The notes below the pieces were generated by a model. It was not told the origin of the DNA. It made no database searches and was given only the letters and a program-made list of their open reading frames with translations. Below are positions 9,480-18,550 of a stretch of DNA of 30,272 nucleotides, one piece after another (the stretch's first letter is position 1; every line of letters starts with the position of its first letter). A program made the translations under genes and the position numbers. The stretch is from Gemmatimonadota bacterium (GTDB lineage: Bacteria > Gemmatimonadota > Gemmatimonadetes > Palauibacterales > Palauibacteraceae). The stretch lies in the NCBI GenBank assembly GCA_046758745.1, contig JBHIAV010000035.1, positions 1-30,272 on the forward strand, given 5' to 3'.

Positions 9480-10355
9480 ATGATCCCCGCCGCCTTCGAC
9501 TACCACGTTCCCGCCACACTAGAGGAAGCTCTGGCCCTGCTCGGTGAGCACTCCGCCCACGCGAAGATCCTGGCCGGGGGACAGAGCCTGATCCCCATGA
9601 TGCGCTTCCGCCTCGTGGAGCCGGGAGAGATCATCGACATCAATCACATCGACGAGCTGACACGGCTCGACGAAGAGGGCGACTACCTCCACATCGGCGC
9701 CCTGGTTCGCCACGCGACGATCGAGGGGACAGGGTGGATTCGTGAGCGCTACCCATTGTTGGCCGAGGCGGCGGAGGTGATCGCGGATCCCCTGGTGCGC
9801 AACCGAGGCACTGTCGGCGGCTCCCTCGTGCATGCGGATCCCGCGGGGGACTGGGGAGCCGTGATGCTGGCCTATAGGGCGGAGTGCGTGGTGCGGAGTG
9901 CGTCGGGCGAGCGAGCGTTCCCGATCGACGATCTCTTCCTCACCACTTTCACCACGACCCTCGAGCCGGAGGAGATCCTGGTCGAGATCCGCGTCCCGAG
10001 GGCCGGGGAGAGCGAGGGCGGCGCGTACGAGAAGCTCGAGCGCAAGGTGGGCGACTTCGCCACCGTCGCGGTGGCCGTGCAGATCGCCGTGGACGGACAG
10101 GGCAACATCGCCTCGGCCGGGATCGGGCTCACCGCCGTGGGGCCGACCAACCTCCGGGCAGCCCGCGGCGAGGCGGCGCTGGTGGGAAAGCCTCCCGATG
10201 GAAGGACGATCGCCGAGGCGGCGGCGAGGGCGGCGGAAGACGCGAAACCGACGGCCGACAACCGCGGCCCGAAGGACTACAAGCGTGACATGGTGCGGGT
10301 GCTCACCGCCCGAGCGCTGCGGCGCGCGGCCGCCCGCACGCAGGGGGAGGGCTGA
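9480..10355 (+). CDS. coxM: Aerobic CO dehydrogenase medium (FAD) subunit
   Basis: MIPAAFDYH start after GAGGAG RBS; FAD motifs AGGQSLIP and RNRGTVGGS, plus DPAGD; directly upstream of coxS and coxL. Confidence 0.93.
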   Translation: MIPAAFDYHVPATLEEALALLGEHSAHAKILAGGQSLIPMMRFRLVEPGEIIDINHIDELTRLDEEGDYLHIGALVRHATIEGTGWIRERYPLLAEAAEVIADPLVRNRGTVGGSLVHADPAGDWGAVMLAYRAECVVRSASGERAFPIDDLFLTTFTTTLEPEEILVEIRVPRAGESEGGAYEKLERKVGDFATVAVAVQIAVDGQGNIASAGIGLTAVGPTNLRAARGEAALVGKPPDGRTIAEAAARAAEDAKPTADNRGPKDYKRDMVRVLTARALRRAAARTQGEG

Positions 10356-10358
10356 GCC

Positions 10359-10847
10359 ATGGCCGACACGAAGGAGATCCGGGTCACCGTGAACGGCCGG
10401 TCGTACGAGGCCGCGGTCCAGCCCCGCATGCTGCTCGCGCACTTCCTGCGCGATGAGCTCGGGTTGACCGGCACCCACATCGGGTGCGACACGACGAGCT
10501 GCGGCGCGTGCACGGTTCTCCTGAACGGGACTCCCATCAAGTCGTGCACGCTGTTCGCCGTGCAGACGGACGGACAGGAGCTCATGACCGTCGAGGGCCT
10601 GGAGAGCAACGGTGAGCTTCACCCCGTCCAGAGCGGCTTCCGGGAGGAGCACGGCCTCCAGTGCGGCTTCTGCACCCCCGGGATGATGATGGTCGGCTAC
10701 GCGCTGCTCCATCGGAGCCCGAGCCCGAGCGAGGCGGAGATCCGGCGCGCCATCTCCGGCAATCTGTGCCGGTGCACCGGTTATCAGAACATCGTGAAGT
10801 CGATTCGCCACGCGGCCGCGAAGCTGGCCGAGGGAGGTGGGGAATGA
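10359..10847 (+). CDS. coxS: Aerobic CO dehydrogenase small (2Fe-2S) subunit
   Basis: [12 protein letters not shown]...KSC and QCGFCTPG...GNLCRCTGY iron-sulfur motifs. Confidence 0.95.
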   Translation: MADTKEIRVTVNGRSYEAAVQPRMLLAHFLRDELGLTGTHIGCDTTSCGACTVLLNGTPIKSCTLFAVQTDGQELMTVEGLESNGELHPVQSGFREEHGLQCGFCTPGMMMVGYALLHRSPSPSEAEIRRAISGNLCRCTGYQNIVKSIRHAAAKLAEGGGE

Positions 10848-10915
10848 GCGCGAGGAAGGCGGGGGAACCGGTGCTCGCTCACACGACGCCGGCGGCCCGA
10901 GGAGGTGCGGCATGA
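10844..10915 (+). CDS. Putative 23-aa micro-ORF ([23 protein letters not shown]) bridging coxS and coxL
   Basis: GGAGG RBS; ATG overlaps the coxS stop (ATGA) and its TGA overlaps the coxL start (ATGA). Confidence 0.4.
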   Translation: MSARKAGEPVLAHTTPAARGGAA

Positions 10916-13266
10916 GCGCCACGAGGGCGGCAGAGATCGGAGGCCTCGGCCACCCGGTCAAGCGCAAGGAGGACGCGCGCTTCATCCGGGGGCGCGGACG
11001 CTACGTCGACGACATCCGGCTCCCGCACATGGCCTACCTGGAGCTCGTCCGATCCCCCTACGCACACGCGCGGATCGTGAAGATCGACACGTCCGAGGCG
11101 CTCCAGGTGGCCGGCGTACTCGCGGTGATCACCGGCGACGACCTGGCGGCGGCGGGCCTTGCCTGGATGCCGACCCTGTCGCACGACCAGCAGATGGTGC
11201 TCGCCACCGGGAAGGTGCTCTTCCAGGGCCAGGAGGTGGCGGCGGTGATCGGGGAGGACCGGTTCGCCGCGGCCGACGGGGCGGCGGCGGTGCGCGTCGA
11301 CTACGAGGAGCTTCCGGTCCTGGTCGATCCCCACCGGGCGCTGGAGCCGGACGCCCCGATCCTGCGCGAGGACCGGGAGGAGAAGTCGAACCGCATCTTC
11401 CACTGGGAGGCAGGCGACCGCGAGGCCACCGACCGGATCTTCGCCGAGGTGGACGTCACGGTGAGCCAGCAGATCGTCTATCCGCGGAGCCACCCCGCGC
11501 CCATCGAGTGCTGCGGATGCGTGGCGGATTGGGACACGGCGAACGAGAAGCTCACCATATGGATGACATCCCAGGCGCCCCACGCTCACCGCACCCTGTT
11601 CGCCCTCGTGGCCAACATCCCCGAGCACAACATCCGCGTCATCTCGCCCGACGTGGGCGGCGGGTTCGGCAACAAGGTACCGATCTACCCGGGCTACGTC
11701 GTCTCGGCGGTGGGGACGCTCCAGCTCAGGCGGCCGGTGAAGTGGACGGAGGACCGGTCGGGGAACCTCTCGAGCACCGGCTTCGCCCGGGACTACCACA
11801 TGCGGGCGGAGCTCGCGGCGACGAAGGAGGGAAAGATCCGGGCCCTGCGAGTGAAGACGCTGGCGGACCACGGGGCGTTCAACGCGGCCGCCCAGCCGTC
11901 CAAGTTCCCGGCCGGGTTCTACAACATCTGCTCGGGCTCCTACGACCTGGAGAGCGCTTTCATCGAAGTCGACGGCGTATACACGAACAAGGCGCCGGGC
12001 GGGATCGCCTACCGATGCTCCTTCCGGGTGACGGAGGCCGCCTACCTGATCGAGCGGGCGGTGGACGTGCTCGCCGATGAGCTCGCGATGGATCCGGCCG
12101 AGCTCCGCCGGCGCAACTTCATCCCGCCCGAGAAGTTCCCCTACACGACGCCGCTCGGGTGGACGTACGACAGCGGCAACTACGCCGCGGCGCTCGACAA
12201 GGCGTTGGAGATCATCGGCTACGAAGAGCTCCGGAGGGAGCAGGAGGAGAAGCGCGAGCGGGGCGAGCTGATGGGGATCGGGATCTCGAGCTTCACCGAG
12301 ATCGTCGGCGCGGGGCCGGGCAAGCAGTGCGACATCGCCGGCCTCGAGATGTTCGACTCGTGCGAGGTGCGGGTGCATCCGACCGGGAAGGTCCTGGCCC
12401 GCATCGGGTGCCAGACGCAGGGACAGGGACACGAGACGACGTTCGCGCAGATCCTCGCGGAGGAGCTCGGCATCCCGGTGGACGACATCACGGTCGAACA
12501 CGGCGACACCGACACGGCACCGTACGGACTCGGCACGTACGCCAGCCGCTCGACTCCGGTGGCCGGTGCGGCCACCGCGATGGCCGCCCGAAAGGTCCGC
12601 AAGAAGGGCGCGAAGATCGCCTCGCATCTGCTCGAGGCGAGCGTTGAGGATATCGAGTGGAAGGACTACGCCTTCCGCGTGAAAGGAGCGCCGGACCGAA
12701 ACGTCTCGATGGCGGAGGTCGCTTTCGCCGCGTACACGAACACGCCGGAAGGGGTGGAGGCCGGTCTCGAGGCCGTCGACTACTACGACCCGCCGAACAT
12801 GACCTATCCGTTCGGCAGCTACGTGTGCGTAGTGGACATCGACAGGGGCACGGGCGAGTGGAAGGTCCGACGGTTCGTCGCGGTGGACGACTGCGGCACG
12901 ATCATCAATCCGATGATCGTGGAGGGACAGATCCACGGCGGGCTCACGGAAGGTCTCGCGATCGCCTCGATGCAGCTCGTGGAGTACGACGAGGCCGGCA
13001 ACATGATCGGCGGCAACTTCATGGAGTACCTGCTCCCTACGGCCATGGAGACGCCGGTGTGGGAGACGGCGAAGACGGTCACGCCCTCGCCACACCACCC
13101 GATCGGGGCGAAGGGTGTCGGCGAGTCCCCGAACGTCGGCTCGCCAGCCGCCTTCGTGAACGCGGTGATCGACGCGCTCTCGCCCTACGGGATCCGGCAT
13201 ATCGACATGCCGATCACATCGGATAAGGTGTGGAAGGCGCTCCGAGACGCCGGGGTGAAGGAATGA
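10912..13266 (+). CDS. coxL: Aerobic CO dehydrogenase large (Mo-Cu) subunit, form I
   Basis: Active-site loop AYRCSFR at 12007-12027 (form I signature); VGGGFGNK, GQGHET, KGVGES motifs; ATG 10912 after GGAGG. Confidence 0.96.
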   Translation: MSATRAAEIGGLGHPVKRKEDARFIRGRGRYVDDIRLPHMAYLELVRSPYAHARIVKIDTSEALQVAGVLAVITGDDLAAAGLAWMPTLSHDQQMVLATGKVLFQGQEVAAVIGEDRFAAADGAAAVRVDYEELPVLVDPHRALEPDAPILREDREEKSNRIFHWEAGDREATDRIFAEVDVTVSQQIVYPRSHPAPIECCGCVADWDTANEKLTIWMTSQAPHAHRTLFALVANIPEHNIRVISPDVGGGFGNKVPIYPGYVVSAVGTLQLRRPVKWTEDRSGNLSSTGFARDYHMRAELAATKEGKIRALRVKTLADHGAFNAAAQPSKFPAGFYNICSGSYDLESAFIEVDGVYTNKAPGGIAYRCSFRVTEAAYLIERAVDVLADELAMDPAELRRRNFIPPEKFPYTTPLGWTYDSGNYAAALDKALEIIGYEELRREQEEKRERGELMGIGISSFTEIVGAGPGKQCDIAGLEMFDSCEVRVHPTGKVLARIGCQTQGQGHETTFAQILAEELGIPVDDITVEHGDTDTAPYGLGTYASRSTPVAGAATAMAARKVRKKGAKIASHLLEASVEDIEWKDYAFRVKGAPDRNVSMAEVAFAAYTNTPEGVEAGLEAVDYYDPPNMTYPFGSYVCVVDIDRGTGEWKVRRFVAVDDCGTIINPMIVEGQIHGGLTEGLAIASMQLVEYDEAGNMIGGNFMEYLLPTAMETPVWETAKTVTPSPHHPIGAKGVGESPNVGSPAAFVNAVIDALSPYGIRHIDMPITSDKVWKALRDAGVKE

Positions 13267-13275
13267 GGGCGAGCC

Positions 13276-14424
13276 TTGGCTTCGCCGGGTGAGGAGGGAA
13301 GGGCCAGGCGGCGCCGCGGTGCCGCGACGCCGGTCGGGGTCGATCGCGCCCCGACCGGAGGGGAGGTCCTGTGGCTCGCTGCGCGCCTCGCCCAGCGCGG
13401 CGAGCCCTTCGCCCTCGCGACGGTCGTCCGGCGGCTCGCTCCGAGCTCGGCACAGCTCGGCCAGAAGGCACTCATCGACGCGGCAGGACGGCTGCACGGC
13501 TGGCTGGGAGGAAGCTGCATCGAGCCGATCGTGCGGCGCGAGGCGGAGCGGGCGCTCCGCGAGGGGAAGCCGCGGCTGGTGGTACTGGCGCCGGACGGCC
13601 GCTCCGATCGGCCGGAGGCGGCCGTGTACCGGATGACCTGTCACAGCGGGGGCATGGTGGAGATCTACGTGGAGCCGCAGCTCCCTGCACCGCAGCTCGT
13701 CCTGTTCGGCGACTCGCCGATCGGCCGTGCGCTGGCCGCGCTGGCCGCGGTGGCAGGATACGAGGTACGGGCGGGCGGCGTCGGGGAGGCCGCCGCCGAG
13801 GGCGATGCAATGCGCACGGAGCCGTTCGAGACGGCCACCGACCCGCCGGCGAGGCGCGAGCTGTACGCCGTCGTGGCCACGATGGGGGAGTGGGACGAGG
13901 AGGCCGTCGAGCAGGCCCTGGCCGCCGGTGCGGCGTACGTGGGACTGGTGGCCAGCCCGCGTCGAGCCGACGAAGTGCGACGCCGGCTGACCTCGCGAGG
14001 ACTGACGAAGGAGGCGCTGCGGCGGTTGGTGAGCCCGGCCGGGCTCGACGTGGGAGCGAAGGAGCCGGCCGAAGTCGCGGTGACCATTCTCGCGCAGATC
14101 ATCCAGCTCCGGCGGGGCGCGGGCCTCGAACCCGGACCGGCCGGAGAGGGGCCGGACGAGGCCTCCTGCGGGGAGCGGGTACTCCCGCAGTCGGGCGGGG
14201 AGCGGGCAATCGCGGAGTCGGGCGGGGAGCGGGGGGCGGAGAGCTCGTGGGGCGATGGCAGGGAGCGCGATGGGGCCGTGGCGCGGGATCCCGTATGCGG
14301 GATGGAGGTAGGGGTGTCAGGGGCACGGCATGTCTTGGTGGCGGGGCGGACCACCCACTACTTCTGCAGCGCCGGCTGCCGGGAGAGATTCACGGCCGCT
14401 CCGGCGCGCTTCACCGGGAGCTGA
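13276..14424 (+). CDS. XdhC/CoxF-family molybdenum cofactor maturation protein with C-terminal YHS/TRASH domain
   Basis: GWLGGSC, TCHSGG, YVGLVAS, SPAGLDVGAKEPAEVAVTILAQ (XdhC); C-terminal DPVCGM...YFCSAGC (YHS). Start codon uncertain (TTG 13276). Confidence 0.88.
   Translation: MASPGEEGRARRRRGAATPVGVDRAPTGGEVLWLAARLAQRGEPFALATVVRRLAPSSAQLGQKALIDAAGRLHGWLGGSCIEPIVRREAERALREGKPRLVVLAPDGRSDRPEAAVYRMTCHSGGMVEIYVEPQLPAPQLVLFGDSPIGRALAALAAVAGYEVRAGGVGEAAAEGDAMRTEPFETATDPPARRELYAVVATMGEWDEEAVEQALAAGAAYVGLVASPRRADEVRRRLTSRGLTKEALRRLVSPAGLDVGAKEPAEVAVTILAQIIQLRRGAGLEPGPAGEGPDEASCGERVLPQSGGERAIAESGGERGAESSWGDGRERDGAVARDPVCGMEVGVSGARHVLVAGRTTHYFCSAGCRERFTAAPARFTGS
14168..14233. repeat. 27-bp-period tandem repeat (core GCGGGGAGCGGG x3) in the XdhC-YHS linker
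   Basis: Core at 14168, 14195 and 14222; encodes SCGERVLPQ/SGGERAIAE/SGGERGAES. Confidence 0.8.
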
Positions 14425-14447
14425 CGGCGGGCGAAGACGGTGCATCG

Positions 14448-15497
14448 ATGAAAGAAGACATCCGGGAGATCGCGGAGGCGATGGAGCGCCAAGGCTACGT
14501 GGCGGACCGTGCGATCGCCACGGCCGTTCACCTCGCGCGCAGCCTTGGGAAGCCGCTCCTCGTGGAAGGAGAGGCCGGCGTAGGCAAGACGGAGATCGCA
14601 AAGGTCCTGGCTGCGGTACTCGGGACGGAGCTGATCCGCCTGCAGTGCTACGAGGGATTGGACGTCAACACGGCGCTGTACGAGTGGAACTACCCGAAGC
14701 AACTCCTGCGCATCCGGCTCGAGGGACTCCGGTGGGAGCCGCAAACGGAAGGGGCGGGTGAGTCGGACCGTGCGGGCGAGCCCGGCCCTGGGGCGGGTGA
14801 GTCGGGCCCCGCGACCACGTCCAGCCCGGCCTCCGGCGTATCGGGCCCCGCGACCGCGTCCAGCCCGGCCTCGGGCGAGGACCTCGAGCACCTGATCTTC
14901 GGGCCCGAGTACCTGATGGAGCGTCCGCTTCTCCAGGCGATCTCCCGCGAGCGACCGCCGGTTCTTCTCATCGATGAGATCGACCGGGCCGACGAGGAGT
15001 TCGAGGCGTTTCTGCTCGAGCTGCTGTCGGACTTCCAGGTTTCGATCCCCGAGCTCGGGACGATCCGGGCGAAGAGCCGCCCGCACGTCGTCCTCACCTC
15101 GAACAGCACGCGTGAGCTTAGCGACGCCCTGCGAAGGCGCTGCCTGTATCTGTGGATCGACTACCCCACTTTCGAGAAGGAGCTGCGGATCCTTAGGGCC
15201 CGCCTCCCGAGCCTGACGCCGGGGCTCGATGAGGAGATCGTTCGCTTCGTGCACCGGCTTCGGGCGGAGAAGCTGTTCAAGACGCCCGGTGTGGCGGAGA
15301 CGCTCGACTGGGCCGGGGCGCTGGGCACCATCGGCGTCGAGGCGCTCGACGCGGAGGTCATCCGTTCCACGCTCGGATGTCTGATAAAGGACCGGCACGA
15401 CTTCCAGAAGCTCTCGCGGAACGGCTTCGGCCGCTTGCTCGAGATCGACCCGAGTGCGGCGACGCGCGGCGGGGAGGAAGACACGACGGACCCGTGA
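14448..15497 (+). CDS. coxD: CoxD-like MoxR AAA+ ATPase
   Basis: Walker A GEAGVGKT, LQCYEGLD, YEWNY, Walker B LLIDEIDRAD, DALRRRC; located in the cox operon. Confidence 0.9.
   Translation: MKEDIREIAEAMERQGYVADRAIATAVHLARSLGKPLLVEGEAGVGKTEIAKVLAAVLGTELIRLQCYEGLDVNTALYEWNYPKQLLRIRLEGLRWEPQTEGAGESDRAGEPGPGAGESGPATTSSPASGVSGPATASSPASGEDLEHLIFGPEYLMERPLLQAISRERPPVLLIDEIDRADEEFEAFLLELLSDFQVSIPELGTIRAKSRPHVVLTSNSTRELSDALRRRCLYLWIDYPTFEKELRILRARLPSLTPGLDEEIVRFVHRLRAEKLFKTPGVAETLDWAGALGTIGVEALDAEVIRSTLGCLIKDRHDFQKLSRNGFGRLLEIDPSAATRGGEEDTTDP
14751..14878. repeat. 39-bp-period tandem repeat inserted in coxD
   Basis: GGGGCGGGTGAGTCGG at 14751 and 14790; TCGGGCCCCGCGACCRCGTCCAGCCCGGCCTCSGGCG at 14802 and 14841; gives 13-aa low-complexity units. 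Confidence 0.85.
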
Positions 15498-16663
15498 GCA
15501 GACGCGACGACGGCTCGGAGATCCGCGAGCGACCCCTGGAATGGACGGCCAGACTCGGACGGGCGCTGCGGGAAGACGGTGTCGCGTGCACGGTCGCCGA
15601 GTCTCTCGCCGCTACCCGGGCTCTCGAGTATCTCGATCTCGGCGACGCGCTCGACGTCTACTTCGGCCTGCGATCCGTCTTCACCTCCGAGCCCGTCCAT
15701 GCTCCGGCGTTCGATCGCTGCTTCTGGGAGCTATGGGGCCGGAGACAACGAGGAGGATGGGGCCGGCCGGCGAGGCCATCGAGGCCGGCGGGCTGGCAGA
15801 CGCGGCGGGAGCTGGTGAACCGCCTGCACCGCCGGAGCGCGGAGCGGTCGCCGGAGCACCCCGCCAGCTCGCCCGAAACCTCGGGGAGAGGGCGGACCGG
15901 GGCCGCCTACAGCGCCCTGGAGCTCCTCGCGCAACGCTCCTTCGGCTCGCTGGACGAGCGGGAGGTGCGGGAGCTCGACCGTGCGTTCGACCGTCTTCTC
16001 ATCCGGCTCGCCACGCGCCGCAGCCGCCGCCTACAGTCGGGGGGGCGCCGGGGGTCCGTCGACCTCCGCCGCAGCCTGCGAGCCGCCGTGCACCACGACG
16101 CGGAGCTCATCCGCCTGGCGCGCCGCCAGCGCCGTATCGACCGTCCCCGCGTCGTGCTGCTATGTGATGTCAGCGGCTCGATGGAGCGGTACAGCCGCTT
16201 CCTTCTGCGCTTTCTCCTCGCGGCGACTCGGGACCGAAGCGTCGAGGTCTTCGCGTTCAGCACCCGACTCACGCGGCTGACCCCCTGGCTCGCCGGCGTG
16301 CGGGCCGACGAGGCGCTGGTGGCGCTCGGCGACCACGTGCGCGATTGGTCGGGCGGAACGCGGATCGGCGCCTGCCTGGAAGAGTTCCTCGAGCGGTACA
16401 GCCGATCGATGTTGGGGCAGAAGACGGTCGTGGTGATCCTGAGCGACGGGCTCGACCGCGGCGACATCGCTTCGTTGGAGCGGGCGATGCGCGGGATCCG
16501 GCGCCGCACCCGTCGGGTGATCTGGCTCAATCCCCTCCTCGAGAGCCCGCAATACCGGCCCGAAGCGCGCGGGATGAAGGCAGCCCTCCCATACGTCGAT
16601 GACTTCGCCCCGGGGCACAGCCTGGAGGCACTTCGCCAGCTTGCCAGGTTGATCCGGCTGTGA
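15494..16663 (+). CDS. coxE: CoxE-like von Willebrand factor A domain protein
   Basis: MIDAS motif DVSGSM, plus FAFSTRL, WSGGTRIG, ILSDG, IWLNPL; GTG overlaps the coxD stop (GTGA). Confidence 0.9.
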   Translation: MSRRDDGSEIRERPLEWTARLGRALREDGVACTVAESLAATRALEYLDLGDALDVYFGLRSVFTSEPVHAPAFDRCFWELWGRRQRGGWGRPARPSRPAGWQTRRELVNRLHRRSAERSPEHPASSPETSGRGRTGAAYSALELLAQRSFGSLDEREVRELDRAFDRLLIRLATRRSRRLQSGGRRGSVDLRRSLRAAVHHDAELIRLARRQRRIDRPRVVLLCDVSGSMERYSRFLLRFLLAATRDRSVEVFAFSTRLTRLTPWLAGVRADEALVALGDHVRDWSGGTRIGACLEEFLERYSRSMLGQKTVVVILSDGLDRGDIASLERAMRGIRRRTRRVIWLNPLLESPQYRPEARGMKAALPYVDDFAPGHSLEALRQLARLIRL

Positions 16664-16678
16664 GGACAGCTCTGAGCC

Positions 16679-18010
16679 TCAGGCCCCCTGCTCGACCCGG
16701 TGGCAGGCGCGGCCCAACCGATCGAGCGCCCCGCCGATCTCATCCTCTGTAACCAGCATGGATGGCCCGAGGCGGATGACGTGGCTGTGCAGCCCGCCCA
16801 CGCCGACGAGCAGGCGCTCTTCCTTGGTCGCTTCGAGGAGCTCCTCCGCCCTCGTGGGACTCGGGGCCCTGGTGCTCCGGTCCTCCACCAGCTCGAGAGC
16901 CTGCATGAGCCCCATCCCTCGCACGTCGCCGATCCACTCGTAGCGCCGCTGGAGCGCTTCGAGGCCTTCCCGAAGCTGGCGTCCCCGCTCCGCCGAGCGG
17001 GCGGGGACATCCTCCCGAGCCATCACCTCGTTCGTGGCGATGCCGGCCGCCATGGCGACCGGATTTCCGCCGAACGTCGAGATCGTCTTGGCGGTCCAAG
17101 CCTCGGCGATCTCCTCACGCGTGATCGTGGCGCCCACCGGGAAGCCGTTGGCGATCCCCTTCGCCATCACCATGATGTCGGGCTCCACTCCCCAGTGCTC
17201 GATCCCGAACCACCTGTCGCCCGTCCGTCCGAAGCCGGCCTGCACCTCGTCGCAGATGAAGAGCCCACCGTACCGGTGTATGACCTCCACCATGCGCTGG
17301 AAGTATCCGGGCGGCGGCACGATGTAGCCGCCCACCCCCTGTATCGTCTCCGCGAAGAACGCAGCCGGCCGGCCGCTCGTCGTGGTGAGGATGACCTCCT
17401 CCAAGTCACGGGCGAACGCGTCGAGACACGAGTCATCGCAGGGGGAGCGGAAAGGACAGCGATACGGATAGGGAGACACGACGTGCTTGATGCCGGGAAC
17501 CGCCGAGGCCAGCGGCCGCCACGCCCCGTGCCCCGTGAGGTTCGTGGCCAGGAGGCTTCGGCCCGAGTATGCCTGTCGCAGGGCGAGGATCTCGCTCCGC
17601 CCAGTGAACATGCACGCGAGCATCACGGCCGTCTCCACCGCTTCCGTGCCGCTGTTGGTGAAGAAGGTCCGGTTCAACCGGCCGGGAGCGATCTCGGCGA
17701 GCCGGCGGGCCATCTCAACCTGGTTCTCGGTAAGGTAGAGCGTGGATGTGTGCCCCAGGGCACCGAGCTGCTCCCGCACCCGCTCGACGACCTCGGGATG
17801 ACAGTGCCCGAGCGATGTGGTGAGGATGCCGCTGAAGAAATCGAGGAACTCTCGGCCCTCGGCATCCACCACCACCATCCCCCGCCCCTCGACCAGGACC
17901 AGCGGGTCGCCGTAGTAGGGGGGTGCGCAGGGAAAGAGGAATTCCCGGTAGCCAGCCTTCACCGCTGCGGCATCGGTTCCGGCTATCGACCCTTTCGCAC
18001 CGTTCACCAT
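16679..18010 (-). CDS. Class III PLP-dependent aminotransferase (4-aminobutyrate / alanine-glyoxylate AGXT2-like)
   Basis: FTNSGTEA, ETIQGVGG, DEVQAGFGRTG and PLP-lysine motif MAKGIANG. Confidence 0.93.
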   Translation of the reverse strand: MVNGAKGSIAGTDAAAVKAGYREFLFPCAPPYYGDPLVLVEGRGMVVVDAEGREFLDFFSGILTTSLGHCHPEVVERVREQLGALGHTSTLYLTENQVEMARRLAEIAPGRLNRTFFTNSGTEAVETAVMLACMFTGRSEILALRQAYSGRSLLATNLTGHGAWRPLASAVPGIKHVVSPYPYRCPFRSPCDDSCLDAFARDLEEVILTTTSGRPAAFFAETIQGVGGYIVPPPGYFQRMVEVIHRYGGLFICDEVQAGFGRTGDRWFGIEHWGVEPDIMVMAKGIANGFPVGATITREEIAEAWTAKTISTFGGNPVAMAAGIATNEVMAREDVPARSAERGRQLREGLEALQRRYEWIGDVRGMGLMQALELVEDRSTRAPSPTRAEELLEATKEERLLVGVGGLHSHVIRLGPSMLVTEDEIGGALDRLGRACHRVEQGA

Positions 18011-18481
18011 TCGCCCTTCCTCGTCCTATGGTCCTCGCCTCCACCGTCCCGCTGGGGGCCGCCGGCCGCGGCTTCAGCGGTTACCAGGTGGAGATGACGA
18101 CGAGCTCGTCCCGCGGAGCGGATCGCGGTCCGCCGGCCCTGTAGTCCCGACCGCGGGGTCCCGCCGGCCGAGCGGTCTCGATCGCGGGTCCGCCCGTCAG
18201 GGTCAGCGCGTATGATCGCGGGGGCGGCCGCGAGCCGCCAGCCAATGGCCGGCGGCGGGCGCGGCATCTCCCCGTTCGGACCGCGTCGGCTTCCGCGGAG
18301 CTCGTGATACCGGGACGCGGCCGGCCCGACAGGCCTTGCAAAAACTTCCGATGGGTGGCACCGCGTCCGTGGACCCGGCGCAACAGCTCCGGTGCCCTTC
18401 CGGCAAGGGCCGCAGCCCGCGCCTAGCCAACTTATTTTGTGGAAACGAGTTTCAAAGTAGCCGATCGCTCTTCCCCCGTTG

Positions 18482-18496
18482 TGGCACGCCTCTGGC
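18482..18496 (+). promoter_or_regulatory. Putative sigma54 (-24/-12) promoter upstream of flp
   Basis: TGGCACGCCTCTGGC matches TGGCACG-N4-TTGC with one mismatch and exact GG-N10-GC spacing; about 55 bp upstream of the pilin ATG; AT-rich stretch at 18428-18459. Confidence 0.6.
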
Positions 18497-18550
18497 CGCC
18501 TGCACCAATGCGGGTTTCACCAGATTCGGCGCTTGCGCCGGGAGGAGAAC

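Noticed and set aside
10879-13644. Very long antisense or alternative-frame ORFs (e.g. 10879-13644, 2906-4876, 24431-26344, 27496-29271, 16700-18097)
   Set aside because: They shadow well-supported genes, are Arg/Pro/Gly-rich with no motifs, and are expected from high-GC codon bias.
13371-14447. N-terminal extension making CoxD a 708-aa fusion
   Set aside because: The extension overlaps the xdhC gene in another frame; the real start is ATG 14448.
18081-18383. Minus-strand 100-aa ORF ending ELVVISTW
   Set aside because: Low-complexity composition, no RBS or family motif; lies in a probable regulatory region.
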